Source: Escherichia coli
GTDB lineage: Bacteria > Pseudomonadota > Gammaproteobacteria > Enterobacterales > Enterobacteriaceae
Reading direction: 5' to 3' (one strand)
Length of the DNA: 64,000 nt
Assembly: GCF_044324785.1 (NCBI RefSeq)
Contig: NZ_CP172127.1
Shown: positions 15,119-26,521 of the stretch, in pieces
Layout: each line of letters starts with the position of its first letter
Position numbering within the stretch: position 1 is the first letter of the stretch
Notes under the pieces: model-generated
Seen by the model: only the letters and a program-made list of their open reading frames with translations
Databases searched by the model: none
What the model was told of the DNA's origin: nothing
Program-made: the position numbers and the translations under genes

Positions 15119-15218
15119 GCCTGATGCGCTACGCTTATCAGGCCTACGAGACTCCTGCAATATATTGAATTTGCATGATTTTGTAGGCCGGATCAGACGT
15201 TAACGCCGCATCCGGCAA
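15119..15218. repeat. REP/BIME element (two inverted REP-like units) downstream of gyrB
   Basis: GCCTGATGCGCTACGCTTATCAGGCCTAC and GTAGGCCGGATCAGACGTTAACGCCGCATCCGGCA match the REP palindromic-unit pattern. Confidence 0.7.
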
Positions 15219-15229
15219 GAAGCTATAAG

Positions 15230-15262
15230 AAAAGGGCGGAGATCATCTTCGCCCTTTTTATT
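15230..15262 (+). terminator. Intrinsic terminator-like hairpin (AAAAGGGCG...CGCCCTTTT followed by T-run)
   Basis: GC-rich stem followed by TTTTTATTT. Confidence 0.5.
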
Positions 15263-15336
15263 TCTGCAATCCGCAATTATCATCCCGCAGATCTATACTT
15301 TTTGAGTCAACACGTAACGCTTTACAGGTGATTATC

Positions 15337-15735
15337 ATGGGGCTTTTTGATGAAGTTGTCGGTGCCTTTCTGAAAGGCGATGCGGGGAAATATCAGGCCA
15401 TTTTGAGCTGGGTTGAGGAGCAGGGCGGCATTCAGGTGCTGCTGGAAAAACTGCAAAGTGGCGGTTTAGGTGCCATTCTCTCAACCTGGCTGAGTAATCA
15501 ACAGGGCAACCAACCAGTTAGCGGCGAGCAACTGGAATCAGCGCTCGGCACAAATGCGGTGTCCGATCTCGGGCAAAAACTGGGCGTGGATACCAGTACA
15601 GCTTCCAGTTTACTGGCAGAACAATTGCCGAAGATTATTGATGCACTCTCACCGCAAGGTGAAGTGACAACACAAGCCAATAACGATCTGCTTTCCGCAG
15701 GCATGGAACTGCTGAAAGGGAAACTCTTCCGCTAA
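15337..15735 (+). CDS. yidB: Conserved protein YidB (DUF937), 132 aa
   Basis: MGLFDEVVGAFLKGDAG start preceded by AGGTG Shine-Dalgarno. Confidence 0.85.
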   Translation: MGLFDEVVGAFLKGDAGKYQAILSWVEEQGGIQVLLEKLQSGGLGAILSTWLSNQQGNQPVSGEQLESALGTNAVSDLGQKLGVDTSTASSLLAEQLPKIIDALSPQGEVTTQANNDLLSAGMELLKGKLFR

Positions 15736-15849
15736 GCAAAAGGGGAGCATGCAACGCGCGTTGCATCCCCCTTTTCCCTCGGGTGTTGTACTGATTTTTG
15801 AGCGGAATCGCGTTAGCATGGGTCAGGAACCAATCTACCTGGGGAACTC

Positions 15850-16662
15850 ATGGCTATCAAACTCATTGCTATCGATATGGATGGCACCCTTCTACTGCCC
15901 GATCACACCATTTCACCCGCCGTTAAAAATGCGATTGCCGCAGCTCGCGCCCGTGGCGTGAATGTCGTGCTAACGACGGGTCGCCCTTATGCAGGCGTTC
16001 ACAACTACCTGAAAGAGCTGCATATGGAACAGCCTGGCGACTACTGCATTACTTATAACGGCGCGTTGGTACAGAAGGCCGCCGATGGTAGCACCGTGGC
16101 GCAAACCGCTCTCAGCTATGACGACTACCGTTTCCTGGAAAAACTCTCTCGCGAAGTCGGTTCTCATTTCCACGCCCTGGACCGCACCACGCTGTATACA
16201 GCAAATCGCGATATCAGCTACTACACGGTGCATGAATCCTTCGTTGCCACCATTCCGCTGGTGTTCTGCGAAGCGGAGAAAATGGACCCCAATACCCAGT
16301 TCCTGAAAGTGATGATGATTGATGAACCTGCCATCCTCGACCAGGCCATCGCGCGTATTCCGCAGGAAGTGAAAGAAAAATACACCGTGCTGAAAAGTGC
16401 GCCGTACTTCCTCGAAATCCTCGATAAACGCGTTAACAAAGGTACGGGTGTGAAATCACTGGCCGACGTGTTAGGTATTAAACCGGAAGAAATCATGGCG
16501 ATTGGCGATCAGGAAAACGACATCGCAATGATTGAATATGCAGGCGTCGGTGTGGCGATGGATAACGCTATTCCTTCGGTGAAAGAAGTGGCGAACTTTG
16601 TCACCAAATCCAACCTTGAAGATGGCGTGGCGTTTGCCATTGAAAAGTATGTGCTGAATTAA
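15850..16662 (+). CDS. yidA: HAD-family sugar phosphatase YidA, 270 aa
   Basis: HAD motif I DMDGTLL at the N-terminus; Cof-type fold. Confidence 0.9.
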   Translation: MAIKLIAIDMDGTLLLPDHTISPAVKNAIAAARARGVNVVLTTGRPYAGVHNYLKELHMEQPGDYCITYNGALVQKAADGSTVAQTALSYDDYRFLEKLSREVGSHFHALDRTTLYTANRDISYYTVHESFVATIPLVFCEAEKMDPNTQFLKVMMIDEPAILDQAIARIPQEVKEKYTVLKSAPYFLEILDKRVNKGTGVKSLADVLGIKPEEIMAIGDQENDIAMIEYAGVGVAMDNAIPSVKEVANFVTKSNLEDGVAFAIEKYVLN

Positions 16663-16671
16663 TCAGTGGGC

Positions 16672-16690
16672 GGGCAAACTGCGTTTGCCC
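16672..16690. terminator. Bidirectional hairpin GGGCAAACTGCGTTTGCCC between convergent yidA and yidX
   Basis: Perfect inverted repeat in the 38-nt convergent intergenic gap. Confidence 0.55.
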
Positions 16691-16700
16691 GTTTCTCTGA

Positions 16701-17357
16701 TTATTTGCTCACTGCGCTGGCAGCGATTAATTGCAGCGGAGAAGTGATGATATCCAGTGTCAGAGTCACTGGCAGCAAAGCATTAACGGCACCTTTAGGA
16801 ATACCACCTGACGAATAGCGTTTATAGAACCCTACTTTAAATGGATGGTAGAACGCCATCACATTTGAATAATCCATCTTTTTGTTTTTCTCATGGATGG
16901 TGCCTTTCAGGTTTTCCAGTGTCCAGGTACAGTTCTGCACACCACAGGCAAATCCATAATGTATTACCAGAGCTTTGTCTTCTTCCGTGGTCCAGTTGTA
17001 ATAGAGTGATATCTTGCCGGTAAATTCCTTTTTCCCGCTCTCAATGACAAATATCGCGTCATTGGCGGTCTGAATATTATGCCGATTAATTGCTGGATCA
17101 TTGAGCATAACGACCACATCATCCCCTCCGTCAGTTATCAAATAATCCAGAGATTCCCCTACAAAAACATAACCTTTTGTTCCATTGCTATCTTTGGCCA
17201 ACGATAACCCTGTAATGGTGTCGGACTGATATTTATACGTTCCGGATGTTTTATTACCCGTATTGGAAACCAGGGCATACGAGATACAGCCTGAAAGCAT
17301 CAGCGCCAGTGGGAATAAACTGGCAGCCTTAAAAAATCCCTTAAAATTCAACTTCAT
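16701..17357 (-). CDS. yidX: Predicted lipoprotein YidX, 218 aa
   Basis: Start trimmed to MKLNFKGFF...LMLSGC (signal peptide with lipobox). Confidence 0.8.
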   Translation of the reverse strand: MKLNFKGFFKAASLFPLALMLSGCISYALVSNTGNKTSGTYKYQSDTITGLSLAKDSNGTKGYVFVGESLDYLITDGGDDVVVMLNDPAINRHNIQTANDAIFVIESGKKEFTGKISLYYNWTTEEDKALVIHYGFACGVQNCTWTLENLKGTIHEKNKKMDYSNVMAFYHPFKVGFYKRYSSGGIPKGAVNALLPVTLTLDIITSPLQLIAASAVSK

Positions 17358-17634
17358 GATTAATCCTTTAAACGAGTAGCTAAGCCGTTGAAAGCATACT
17401 CTTCTTTCCCTCCTGTATAGCGCCTGATATCCCTTTTCAGATTTCTGCCCGACGCATGTCATTTTTTTATGCATTGTTCTTTTTGTGATCTAAATTGTAG
17501 TACAACAATATAAGTTTGTACTACATTACACGCACGGCAAACGCGAACGTCATCACGCTGGTACTACAAAGTTGCCGCGTTATGCATCGATCGGGGTAAA
17601 GTAGAGAAGAACATACAGAGCATAAGGACTCTCC

Positions 17635-18324
17635 ATGACTCTCAATAAAACCGATCGCATTGTCATTACGCTGGGTAAACAGATCGTTCACGGCAAATAC
17701 GTGCCAGGCTCGCCGCTTCCGGCTGAGGCGGAACTCTGTGAGGAGTTTGCAACCTCGCGCAACATCATCCGTGAGGTGTTCCGTTCGTTGATGGCGAAAC
17801 GGCTGATTGAAATGAAACGTTATCGCGGGGCGTTTGTGGCACCGCGTAACCAGTGGAATTACCTCGACACTGACGTACTGCAATGGGTGCTGGAAAACGA
17901 CTACGACCCACGGCTTATCAGTGCCATGAGCGAAGTGCGAAATCTGGTGGAACCGGCGATTGCCCGTTGGGCAGCAGAGCGCGCGACTTCCAGCGATCTG
18001 GCGCAGATTGAATCGGCGCTGAACGAGATGATTGCCAACAATCAGGACCGCGAAGCGTTTAACGAAGCGGATATTCGCTACCACGAGGCGGTGCTGCAGT
18101 CGGTGCATAACCCGGTGTTACAGCAACTTAGCATTGCGATCAGTTCGCTGCAGCGGGCGGTTTTTGAACGAACCTGGATGGGCGATGAGGCCAACATGCC
18201 GCAAACGCTCCAGGAACATAAGGCGCTGTTCGATGCGATAAGGCATCAGGACGGCGATGCGGCAGAGCAGGCGGCGCTTACCATGATCGCCAGCTCGACA
18301 CGAAGGTTAAAGGAAATCACATGA
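17635..18324 (+). CDS. dgoR: GntR/FadR-family repressor of the D-galactonate operon, 229 aa
   Basis: N-terminal GntR wHTH; first gene of the dgo cluster. Confidence 0.9.
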   Translation: MTLNKTDRIVITLGKQIVHGKYVPGSPLPAEAELCEEFATSRNIIREVFRSLMAKRLIEMKRYRGAFVAPRNQWNYLDTDVLQWVLENDYDPRLISAMSEVRNLVEPAIARWAAERATSSDLAQIESALNEMIANNQDREAFNEADIRYHEAVLQSVHNPVLQQLSIAISSLQRAVFERTWMGDEANMPQTLQEHKALFDAIRHQDGDAAEQAALTMIASSTRRLKEIT

Positions 18325-19199
18325 CAGCTCGCTACATCGCAATTGACTGGGGATCGACCAATCTGCGCGCCTGGCTTTATCAGGGCGACCACTGCCTGGA
18401 GAGCAGGCAATCAGAAGCAGGCGTCACGCGCCTGAACGGAAAATCTCCGGCTGCGGTGTTAGCAGAAGTGACGACCGACTGGCATGAAGAGAATACGCCA
18501 GTGGTGATGGCAGGAATGGTCGGCAGCAATGTCGGCTGGAAAGTTGCACCGTATTTATCCGTTCCTGCCCGTTTTTCGTCTATTGGCGAACAATTAACGT
18601 CTGTTGGCGACAATATCTGGATTATTCCCGGATTATGCGTCTCTCATGACGATAACCATAATGTGATGCGCGGCGAAGAAACACAATTGATCGGCGCGCG
18701 CACTTTGGCTCCTTCCTCTCTTTATGTTATGCCCGGAACCCATTGCAAATGGGTGCAGGCCGATAGCCAGCAAATCAACGATTTTCGCACCGTGATGACC
18801 GGTGAATTACATCATTTACTGTTAAATCACTCATTGATTGGCGCAGGTTTGCCGCCGCAGGAAAACTCTGCCGATGCCTTCGCGGCTGGTCTTGAGCGTG
18901 GCCTCAATGCTCCCGCCATATTGCCGCAGCTTTTTGAAGTTCGCGCCTCGCATGTGCTGGGAACACTTCCCCGCGAACAGGTCAGCGAATTTCTCTCTGG
19001 TTTGTTGATTGGCGCAGAGGTCGCCAGTATGCGCGACTATGTAACCCATCAACACGCCATCACCCTTGTCGCCGGAACATCGCTGACCGCGCGCTACCAG
19101 CAAGCCTTTCAGGCGATGGGGTGCGACGTGACGGCGGTAGCGGGCGACACGGCATTTCAGGCTGGTATAAGGAGCATCGCTCATGCAGTGGCAAACTAA
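18321..19199 (+). CDS. dgoK: 2-dehydro-3-deoxygalactonokinase, 292 aa
   Basis: Overlapping-start operon gene between dgoR and dgoA. Confidence 0.9.
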   Translation: MTARYIAIDWGSTNLRAWLYQGDHCLESRQSEAGVTRLNGKSPAAVLAEVTTDWHEENTPVVMAGMVGSNVGWKVAPYLSVPARFSSIGEQLTSVGDNIWIIPGLCVSHDDNHNVMRGEETQLIGARTLAPSSLYVMPGTHCKWVQADSQQINDFRTVMTGELHHLLLNHSLIGAGLPPQENSADAFAAGLERGLNAPAILPQLFEVRASHVLGTLPREQVSEFLSGLLIGAEVASMRDYVTHQHAITLVAGTSLTARYQQAFQAMGCDVTAVAGDTAFQAGIRSIAHAVAN

Positions 19200-19800
19200 A
19201 CTCCCGCTGATCGCCATTTTGCGCGGCATTACGCCCGACGAGGCGCTGGCGCATGTTGGCGCGGTGATTGACGCCGGGTTCGACGCGGTTGAAATCCCGC
19301 TGAATTCCCCTCAATGGGAGAAAAGCATTCCCGCCATCGTTGATGCATACGGCGATAAGGCGTTGATTGGCGCGGGTACGGTACTGAAACCTGAACAGGT
19401 CGATGTGCTCGCCAGGATGGGCTGCCAGCTCATCGTTACGCCCAATATCCATAGTGAAGTGATCCGCCATGCGGTGGGCTACGGCATGACCGTTTGCCCC
19501 GGCTGCGCGACGGCGACCGAAGCCTTTACCGCGCTCGACGCGGGCGCTCAGGCGCTGAAAATATTTCCGTCATCGGCTTTTGGTCCGCAATACATCAAAG
19601 CGTTAAAAGCGGTATTACCACCGGACATCGCAGTCTTTGCCGTTGGCGGCGTGACGCCAGAAAACCTGGCGCAGTGGATAGACGCAGGTTGTGCAGGGGC
19701 AGGCTTAGGCAGCGATCTCTATCGCGCCGGGCAGTCCGTAGAACGCACCGCGCAGCAGGCAGCAGCATTTGTTAAGGCGTATCGAGAGGCAGTGCAATGA
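19183..19800 (+). CDS. dgoA: 2-dehydro-3-deoxy-6-phosphogalactonate aldolase, 205 aa
   Basis: KDPGal aldolase-like TIM-barrel protein in the dgo operon. Confidence 0.9.
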   Translation: MQWQTKLPLIAILRGITPDEALAHVGAVIDAGFDAVEIPLNSPQWEKSIPAIVDAYGDKALIGAGTVLKPEQVDVLARMGCQLIVTPNIHSEVIRHAVGYGMTVCPGCATATEAFTALDAGAQALKIFPSSAFGPQYIKALKAVLPPDIAVFAVGGVTPENLAQWIDAGCAGAGLGSDLYRAGQSVERTAQQAAAFVKAYREAVQ

Positions 19801-20945
19801 AAATCACCAAAATTACCACGTATCGTTTACCTCCCCGCTGGATGTTCCTGAAAATTGAAACCGATGAAGGCGTGGTCGGCTGGGGCGAGCCCGTGATCGA
19901 AGGCCGCGCCCGTACAGTGGAAGCGGCAGTTCACGAACTGAGCGACTATTTGATTGGTCAGGATCCATCGCGCATCAATGACTTATGGCAAGTGATGTAT
20001 CGCGCCGGATTTTATCGTGGCGGTCCAATCCTGATGAGCGCCATCGCCGGGATCGACCAGGCGTTATGGGATATCAAAGGCAAAGTGCTGAATGCGCCGG
20101 TCTGGCAACTGATGGGCGGCCTGGTTCGCGACAAAATTAAAGCCTACAGTTGGGTCGGCGGCGATCGTCCGGCGGATGTTATCGACGGCATAAAAACCCT
20201 GCGCGAAATCGGCTTCGATACCTTCAAACTGAATGGTTGTGAAGAACTGGGGCTAATTGATAACTCCCGCGCGGTAGATGCGGCGGTCAACACCGTGGCA
20301 CAAATCCGTGAAGCTTTTGGCAATCAGATTGAGTTTGGTCTTGATTTCCACGGTCGCGTCAGCGCGCCGATGGCGAAAGTGCTGATTAAAGAACTGGAGC
20401 CGTATCGCCCGCTGTTTATTGAAGAGCCGGTGCTGGCGGAACAAGCCGAATACTACCCGAAACTGGCGGCACAAACGCATATTCCACTGGCGGCGGGTGA
20501 ACGCATGTTCTCACGCTTCGATTTTAAACGCGTGCTGGAGGCGGGCGGTATTTCGATTCTGCAACCAGATCTCTCTCATGCAGGCGGTATTACCGAATGC
20601 TACAAAATTGCCGGAATGGCAGAAGCCTATGACGTGACCCTTGCGCCACACTGTCCGCTCGGACCGATTGCACTGGCGGCTTGTCTGCATATCGACTTTG
20701 TTTCCTATAACGCCGTACTTCAGGAACAAAGTATGGGCATTCATTACAACAAAGGCGCGGAGTTACTCGACTTTGTGAAAAACAAAGAAGACTTCAGCAT
20801 GGTCGGCGGTTTCTTTAAACCATTAACGAAACCGGGCTTAGGTGTGGAAATCGACGAAGCTAAAGTTATTGAGTTCAGTAAAAATGCCCCGGACTGGCGT
20901 AATCCGCTCTGGCGTCATGAAGATAACAGCGTAGCAGAGTGGTAA
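19797..20945 (+). CDS. dgoD: D-galactonate dehydratase (enolase superfamily), 382 aa
   Basis: [32 protein letters not shown]; mandelate racemase/enolase fold. Confidence 0.93.
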   Translation: MKITKITTYRLPPRWMFLKIETDEGVVGWGEPVIEGRARTVEAAVHELSDYLIGQDPSRINDLWQVMYRAGFYRGGPILMSAIAGIDQALWDIKGKVLNAPVWQLMGGLVRDKIKAYSWVGGDRPADVIDGIKTLREIGFDTFKLNGCEELGLIDNSRAVDAAVNTVAQIREAFGNQIEFGLDFHGRVSAPMAKVLIKELEPYRPLFIEEPVLAEQAEYYPKLAAQTHIPLAAGERMFSRFDFKRVLEAGGISILQPDLSHAGGITECYKIAGMAEAYDVTLAPHCPLGPIALAACLHIDFVSYNAVLQEQSMGIHYNKGAELLDFVKNKEDFSMVGGFFKPLTKPGLGVEIDEAKVIEFSKNAPDWRNPLWRHEDNSVAEW

Positions 20946-21064
20946 TTCCTGCCACGTAAGCCCCTCATCGGGCACTAAAACAGCAATACAAAAATATAAC
21001 CCTCTGTAAATTACAGGGCATGGTGAGCGGCTTCGCTATGCCCAAAATCTGGAGAAAGCTCGCT

Positions 21065-22357
21065 ATGGATATTCCCGTTAATGCAGCAAAGCCGGGGCGT
21101 CGGCGTTATCTGACACTGGTGATGATCTTTATTACGGTGGTCATTTGTTATGTTGACCGCGCTAACCTGGCCGTGGCTTCCGCCCATATTCAGGAAGAGT
21201 TCGGTATTACCAAAGCGGAAATGGGCTATGTATTTTCGGCCTTCGCCTGGCTTTATACGTTATGCCAGATCCCCGGCGGTTGGTTTTTAGATCGCGTAGG
21301 TTCTCGCGTGACTTATTTTATTGCGATATTTGGCTGGTCAGTGGCGACTTTATTCCAGGGCTTTGCCACGGGCTTAATGTCATTAATTGGTCTGCGCGCG
21401 ATAACCGGTATTTTCGAAGCGCCCGCTTTCCCGACCAATAACAGGATGGTGACCAGCTGGTTCCCGGAACATGAACGCGCTTCCGCCGTTGGTTTTTATA
21501 CGTCTGGTCAGTTTGTCGGTCTGGCGTTTCTGACTCCGCTGCTGATCTGGATTCAGGAGATGTTGAGCTGGCACTGGGTGTTCATTGTCACCGGCGGTAT
21601 CGGCATTATCTGGTCGCTGATTTGGTTTAAGGTTTATCAGCCGCCGCGCCTGACCAAAGGTATCAGCAAAGCTGAACTGGATTACATTCGTGATGGCGGC
21701 GGTCTGGTGGATGGTGATGCGCCGGTGAAGAAAGAAGCGCGTCAGCCGTTAACAGCCAAAGACTGGAAACTGGTGTTCCATCGTAAACTGATCGGCGTCT
21801 ATCTTGGGCAATTTGCGGTGGCTTCTACACTGTGGTTTTTCTTAACCTGGTTCCCGAACTATTTAACCCAGGAAAAAGGAATCACGGCGCTGAAAGCAGG
21901 CTTTATGACCACGGTACCGTTCCTCGCGGCGTTTGTCGGCGTCCTGCTCTCTGGCTGGGTCGCGGATCTGCTGGTACGTAAGGGCTTTTCACTGGGCTTT
22001 GCGCGTAAAACGCCGATTATCTGCGGCTTGCTGATCTCCACCTGCATTATGGGCGCTAACTACACTAACGATCCGATGATGATTATGTGCCTGATGGCGC
22101 TGGCATTCTTCGGCAACGGTTTTGCTTCGATTACCTGGTCGCTGGTTTCTTCTCTGGCACCGATGCGCCTGATTGGTTTAACCGGCGGCGTGTTTAACTT
22201 CGCCGGTGGTCTGGGCGGCATCACCGTTCCGCTGGTGGTGGGGTACCTGGCGCAGGGTTACGGTTTCGCACCTGCACTGGTTTATATCTCCGCCGTCGCG
22301 TTGATTGGCGCGCTCTCTTACATACTGCTGGTGGGCGATGTGAAGCGCGTTGGATAA
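21065..22357 (+). CDS. dgoT: D-galactonate:H+ symporter (MFS), 430 aa
   Basis: Start trimmed to [20 protein letters not shown]; 12-TM MFS profile. Confidence 0.9.
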
Positions 22358-23418
22358 TCTTTCAACTGTGGAATATGCGCCACACCACTGCGCATAATCC
22401 ACTTTCTTAAAGCCGGTGCGGTCAGGCATCGGCTTTTTACTATTTTGCCGAAGAGTTTTAAACGCAGTTTGCGGGTGGCGCGCCAGTAGGCGGCGTTGCT
22501 CTTCTCCGGCTGCTTCAGTAACACCGAACGCAGAATCTCTGCGCTATCCAGCGCATAGCTAATTCCCTCCAGCGAGCTGGCGCTGATAAATCCCGCCGCT
22601 TCACCAATCAGAAAGGCATTGTCCTTACCGCAGACAAAATCCTGCCAGCGTGAGGGAAACAACACGGTACATTTCTCACTTTTCACCGCTTTGCCAAACT
22701 GGAACTGAAAGGCGCTCATTTTCTCTTTCAGCGTCGCGAAACGCGTCTGACCGTCTTTCATGGGATAGGCACCGCCAAAGATAAAATAACCGTCTTTGCT
22801 GATACTCCATGAGTAACAGTCAGTTATCGCATTATCAAAGATGCAGGAGTAGAACGGCACCGGATGTTTCTCTGCAAACCACTGCTGGATAGCGACATAT
22901 CTACGAATTTGATGGTCCGGGTAGAGATGTCGCCGCACCATCGAGTTGGCACCATCGGCACCGACCAGATAGCGGGCGGTAATATGCTGCTCCCAACCGT
23001 CTGCACGAAAAATGACATGCCATTTATCATCCTCACGCCAGATTTTCCGGCACAGGCTATCGTGGTAAACCTCAACGCTGGCGGGGATCAGCGATTTCAT
23101 CCACAAGTCGAAAGCATGGCGATTAATATTGATATAGCTTCGCTGGTAGTTACGTGTGAGCGATGCGGCGACGTCGACGGTTTTGACGCTGAAAATCTGC
23201 GGATTGGCGATCACATCGACAGGAAGCGTCAGTCCATCGCGAATAAAAGATCGCTGCGCGTCCGGTGCCAGCAGACCGCCGCAAGGCTTGCTGAAACCTT
23301 CAGTACCATGCTGGTGCTTTTTATCCAGCGCGATCACCTGCATTTTGCCGGCTAACTTTCGTGCCAACGCCGACCCTGCCGGGCCGAGGCCAATAATCGC
23401 CACGTCGAAATGTTCCAT
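22318..23418 (-). CDS. cbrA: FAD-dependent oxidoreductase (geranylgeranyl reductase-like), CbrA/YidS-like; start uncertain (alternative ATG at 23439)
   Basis: N-terminal FAD-binding motif [19 protein letters not shown]; gene order between dgoT and yidR. Confidence 0.8.
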
Positions 23419-23485
23419 TTTTTCACTCACATTCATCACGATGGCAAAAGACTATTGTCTGAAAGTGAAGTCCTTGTGAAGTATG

Positions 23486-24733
23486 ATGGCGGGAACCGTT
23501 TTGTATCAGGACCGCGCCATGAAACAGATAACCTTTGCTCCCCGTAATCACCTGCTCACCAATACCAATACCTGGACGCCCGACAGCCAGTGGCTGGTAT
23601 TTGACGTGCGCCCTTCTGGGGCGTCGTTTACCGGTGAGACCATTGAGCGCGTGAATATCCATACTGGAGAGGTCGAGGTTATCTACCGTGCGTCACAGGG
23701 CGCACACGTCGGCGTGGTGACCGTTCATCCGAAGTCAGAAAAATATGTCTTCATTCACGGCCCGGAAAATCCTGATGAAACATGGTATTACGATTTCCAT
23801 CATCGACGCGGAGTGATTGCTGAAGGCGGCAAGGTGAGCAATCTCGATGCAATGGATATTACCGCGCCATATACGCCAGGAGCGCTGCGTGGCGGCAGTC
23901 ATGTACATGTCTTTAGCCCGAACGGTGAAAGGGTGAGCTTTACCTATAACGACCATGTAATGCATCAACTCGATCCGGCGCTGGATTTGCGAAACGTCGG
24001 TGTTGCTGCGCCGTTTGGCCCAGTCAACGTACAAAAGCAGCATCCGCGTGAATACAGCGGTAGCCACTGGTGCGTGCTGGTGAGTAAAACAACGCCCACG
24101 CCGCAGCCTGGCAGCGATGAAATCAATCGTGCTTATGAAGAAGGATGGGTAGGAAATCACGCGCTGGCGTTTATTGGCGACACACTTTCGCCAAAGGGCG
24201 AGAAAGTGCCGGAGCTGTTTATCGTTGAGTTACCGCAAGATGAAGCTGGCTGGAAAGCGGCAGGTGATGCGCCGTTAAGTGGAACGGAAACAACCCTGCC
24301 CGCACCACCGCGTGGCGTCGTGCAGCGACGTTTAACCTTTACACACCATCGGGCTTATCCGGGATTAGTCAACGTCCCGCGCCACTGGGTGCGCTGTAAT
24401 CCGCAGGGTACGCAAATCGCGTTTTTAATGCGTGATGATAACGGCATTGTGCAACTGTGGCTTATCTCGCCACAGGGCGGCGAGCCGCGCCAGTTAACCC
24501 ATAACAAAACGGATATTCAGTCTGCATTTAACTGGCATCCGTCAGGAGAATGGTTGGGCTTTGTGCTGGATAATCGAATTGCTTGTGCCCATGCGCAAAG
24601 CGGCGAGGTTGAGTATTTAACCGAAAACCACGCCAATCCACCTTCTGCGGACGCCGTGGTCTTCTCGCCGGATGGTCGATGGCTGGCGTGGATGGAAGGC
24701 GGCCAGCTGTGGATCACCGAAACTGATCGCTAA
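23486..24733 (+). CDS. yidR: Conserved protein YidR (predicted beta-propeller/TolB-like), about 415 aa
   Basis: ORF-track protein; position after cbrA; start position approximate. Confidence 0.8.
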   Translation: MAGTVLYQDRAMKQITFAPRNHLLTNTNTWTPDSQWLVFDVRPSGASFTGETIERVNIHTGEVEVIYRASQGAHVGVVTVHPKSEKYVFIHGPENPDETWYYDFHHRRGVIAEGGKVSNLDAMDITAPYTPGALRGGSHVHVFSPNGERVSFTYNDHVMHQLDPALDLRNVGVAAPFGPVNVQKQHPREYSGSHWCVLVSKTTPTPQPGSDEINRAYEEGWVGNHALAFIGDTLSPKGEKVPELFIVELPQDEAGWKAAGDAPLSGTETTLPAPPRGVVQRRLTFTHHRAYPGLVNVPRHWVRCNPQGTQIAFLMRDDNGIVQLWLISPQGGEPRQLTHNKTDIQSAFNWHPSGEWLGFVLDNRIACAHAQSGEVEYLTENHANPPSADAVVFSPDGRWLAWMEGGQLWITETDR

Positions 24734-24734
24734 A

Positions 24735-25067
24735 TCAGTTATCAGGCATTCTGGCGGGTGGAATAACCGCATTGGTGGCTTGCGCGTTGGCTTCGCTTTT
24801 TTCAACGCGTGAGCGCACCGAGCTGTCTTTGCGGAACACATCCCACGGCAGTAAAAGCGTGTCCATCACAGCGGTAAACGGCATATCGAGAATCGCCAGC
24901 GACTTAGTGCCCCAGTTGGTTTCATCGTCGCCAATCATGGTGGCGCTGGCGCGGGTGCCGGGATACGTTCCTTCTTTCCCCCCGGTATGGGACATCACGC
25001 TTGAGCATCCTCCGAGTAATGTCATTCCGCTGCATATCATGAACGCTAACAACACATTTCTTATCAT
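24735..25067 (-). CDS. yidQ: Outer-membrane lipoprotein YidQ, 110 aa
   Basis: Start trimmed to MIRNVLLAFMICSGMTLLGGC (lipobox). Confidence 0.85.
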   Translation of the reverse strand: MIRNVLLAFMICSGMTLLGGCSSVMSHTGGKEGTYPGTRASATMIGDDETNWGTKSLAILDMPFTAVMDTLLLPWDVFRKDSSVRSRVEKSEANAQATNAVIPPARMPDN

Positions 25068-25241
25068 AATAAATTCATCTGTTGATCGTGGGTGTTGGCC
25101 TGATGAGTTATAGCGATCCCTTGCTGAAAATAACATCATCATTACGTCGCACTGTGGCGGCTATCGCACTTTAACGTTTCGTGCTGCCCCCTCAGTCTAT
25201 GCAATAGACCATAAACTGCAAAAAAAAGTCCGCTGATAAGG

Positions 25242-25271
25242 CTTGAAAAGTTCATTTCCAGACCCATTTTT
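25242..25271 (+). promoter_or_regulatory. sigma32 heat-shock promoter of ibpA (CTTGAAA -35, CCCATTTT -10)
   Basis: Close match to the sigma32 consensus about 100 nt upstream of ibpA; the 5' UTR (about 25272-25372) is known to hold an RNA thermometer. Confidence 0.7.
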
Positions 25272-25372
25272 ACATCGTAGCCGATGAGGACGCGCCTGAT
25301 GGGTGTTCTGGCTACCTGACCTGTCCATTGTGGAAGGTCTTACATTCTCGCTGATTTCAGGAGCTATTGATT

Positions 25373-25786
25373 ATGCGTAACTTTGATTTATCCCCGCTTT
25401 ACCGTTCTGCTATTGGATTTGACCGTTTGTTTAACCACTTAGAAAACAACCAGAGCCAGAGTAATGGCGGCTACCCTCCGTATAACGTTGAACTGGTAGA
25501 CGAAAACCATTACCGCATTGCTATCGCTGTGGCTGGTTTTGCTGAGAGCGAACTGGAAATTACCGCCCAGGATAATCTGCTGGTGGTGAAAGGTGCTCAC
25601 GCCGACGAACAAAAAGAGCGCACCTATCTGTACCAGGGCATCGCTGAACGCAACTTTGAACGCAAATTCCAGTTAGCTGAGAACATTCATGTTCGTGGCG
25701 CTAACCTGGTGAATGGTCTGCTGTATATCGATCTCGAACGCGTGATTCCGGAAGCGAAAAAACCGCGCCGTATCGAAATCAACTAA
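25373..25786 (+). CDS. ibpA: Small heat-shock protein IbpA, 137 aa
   Basis: [21 protein letters not shown]; alpha-crystallin domain. Confidence 0.95.
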
Positions 25787-25897
25787 TTCCTTAAGGCCGC
25801 CTGGCGCGGCCTGACATCTCCATGCTCGCCGTCAGGGAGCATATGCGAATCTTCGGATTTGCAGGTACTTACTCGCTTCTTAGAAGGAGAAATGACT

Positions 25898-26326
25898 ATG
25901 CGTAACTTCGATTTATCCCCACTGATGCGTCAATGGATCGGTTTTGACAAACTGGCCAACGCACTGCAAAACGCCGGTGAAAGCCAGAGCTTCCCGCCGT
26001 ACAACATTGAGAAAAGCGACGATAACCACTACCGCATTACCCTTGCGCTGGCAGGTTTTCGTCAGGAAGATTTAGAGATTCAACTGGAAGGTACGCGCCT
26101 GAGCGTAAAAGGCACGCCGGAGCAGCCAAAAGAAGAGAAAAAATGGCTGCATCAAGGGCTTATGAATCAGCCATTTAGCCTGAGCTTTACGCTGGCTGAA
26201 AATATGGAAGTCTCTGGTGCAACCTTCGTAAACGGTTTACTGCATATTGATTTAATTCGTAATGAGCCTGAACCCATCGCAGCGCAGCGTATCGCTATCA
26301 GCGAACGTCCCGCGTTAAATAGCTAA
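25898..26326 (+). CDS. ibpB: Small heat-shock protein IbpB, 142 aa
   Basis: [24 protein letters not shown]; paralog of IbpA. Confidence 0.95.
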
Positions 26327-26341
26327 CTAGCTATTCTCTTT

Positions 26342-26369
26342 GCCCCGCCATTCTGGTGGGGCTTTTTTT
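26342..26369 (+). terminator. Intrinsic terminator after ibpB (CCCCGCCA-loop-TGGTGGGG followed by T7)
   Basis: GC stem plus TTTTTTT run. Confidence 0.75.
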
Positions 26370-26521
26370 GTCTTTCTTCTTCAACAATGCGTTAATTTTC
26401 GCCTGTTTAAGATATTTCGGCACGTTCTTTCCCGTGATAATGTGCGCTATAAGGCAAATCTGCTTCACCGATTCAGCCATAATCCGTAGCAATTAAAATG
26501 TTATCTCAAGAGAAATGGACG

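Noticed and set aside
17521-18108. 195-aa minus-strand ORF overlapping dgoR
   Set aside because: Antisense to dgoR, whose GntR-type HTH and operon context are clear.
25787-25897. Possible second sigma32 promoter upstream of ibpB
   Set aside because: No convincing CTTGAA / CCCCAT-type match located by eye; only a GC-rich hairpin (GGCCGCCTGGCGCGGCC) after ibpA is visible, so it is left unannotated.
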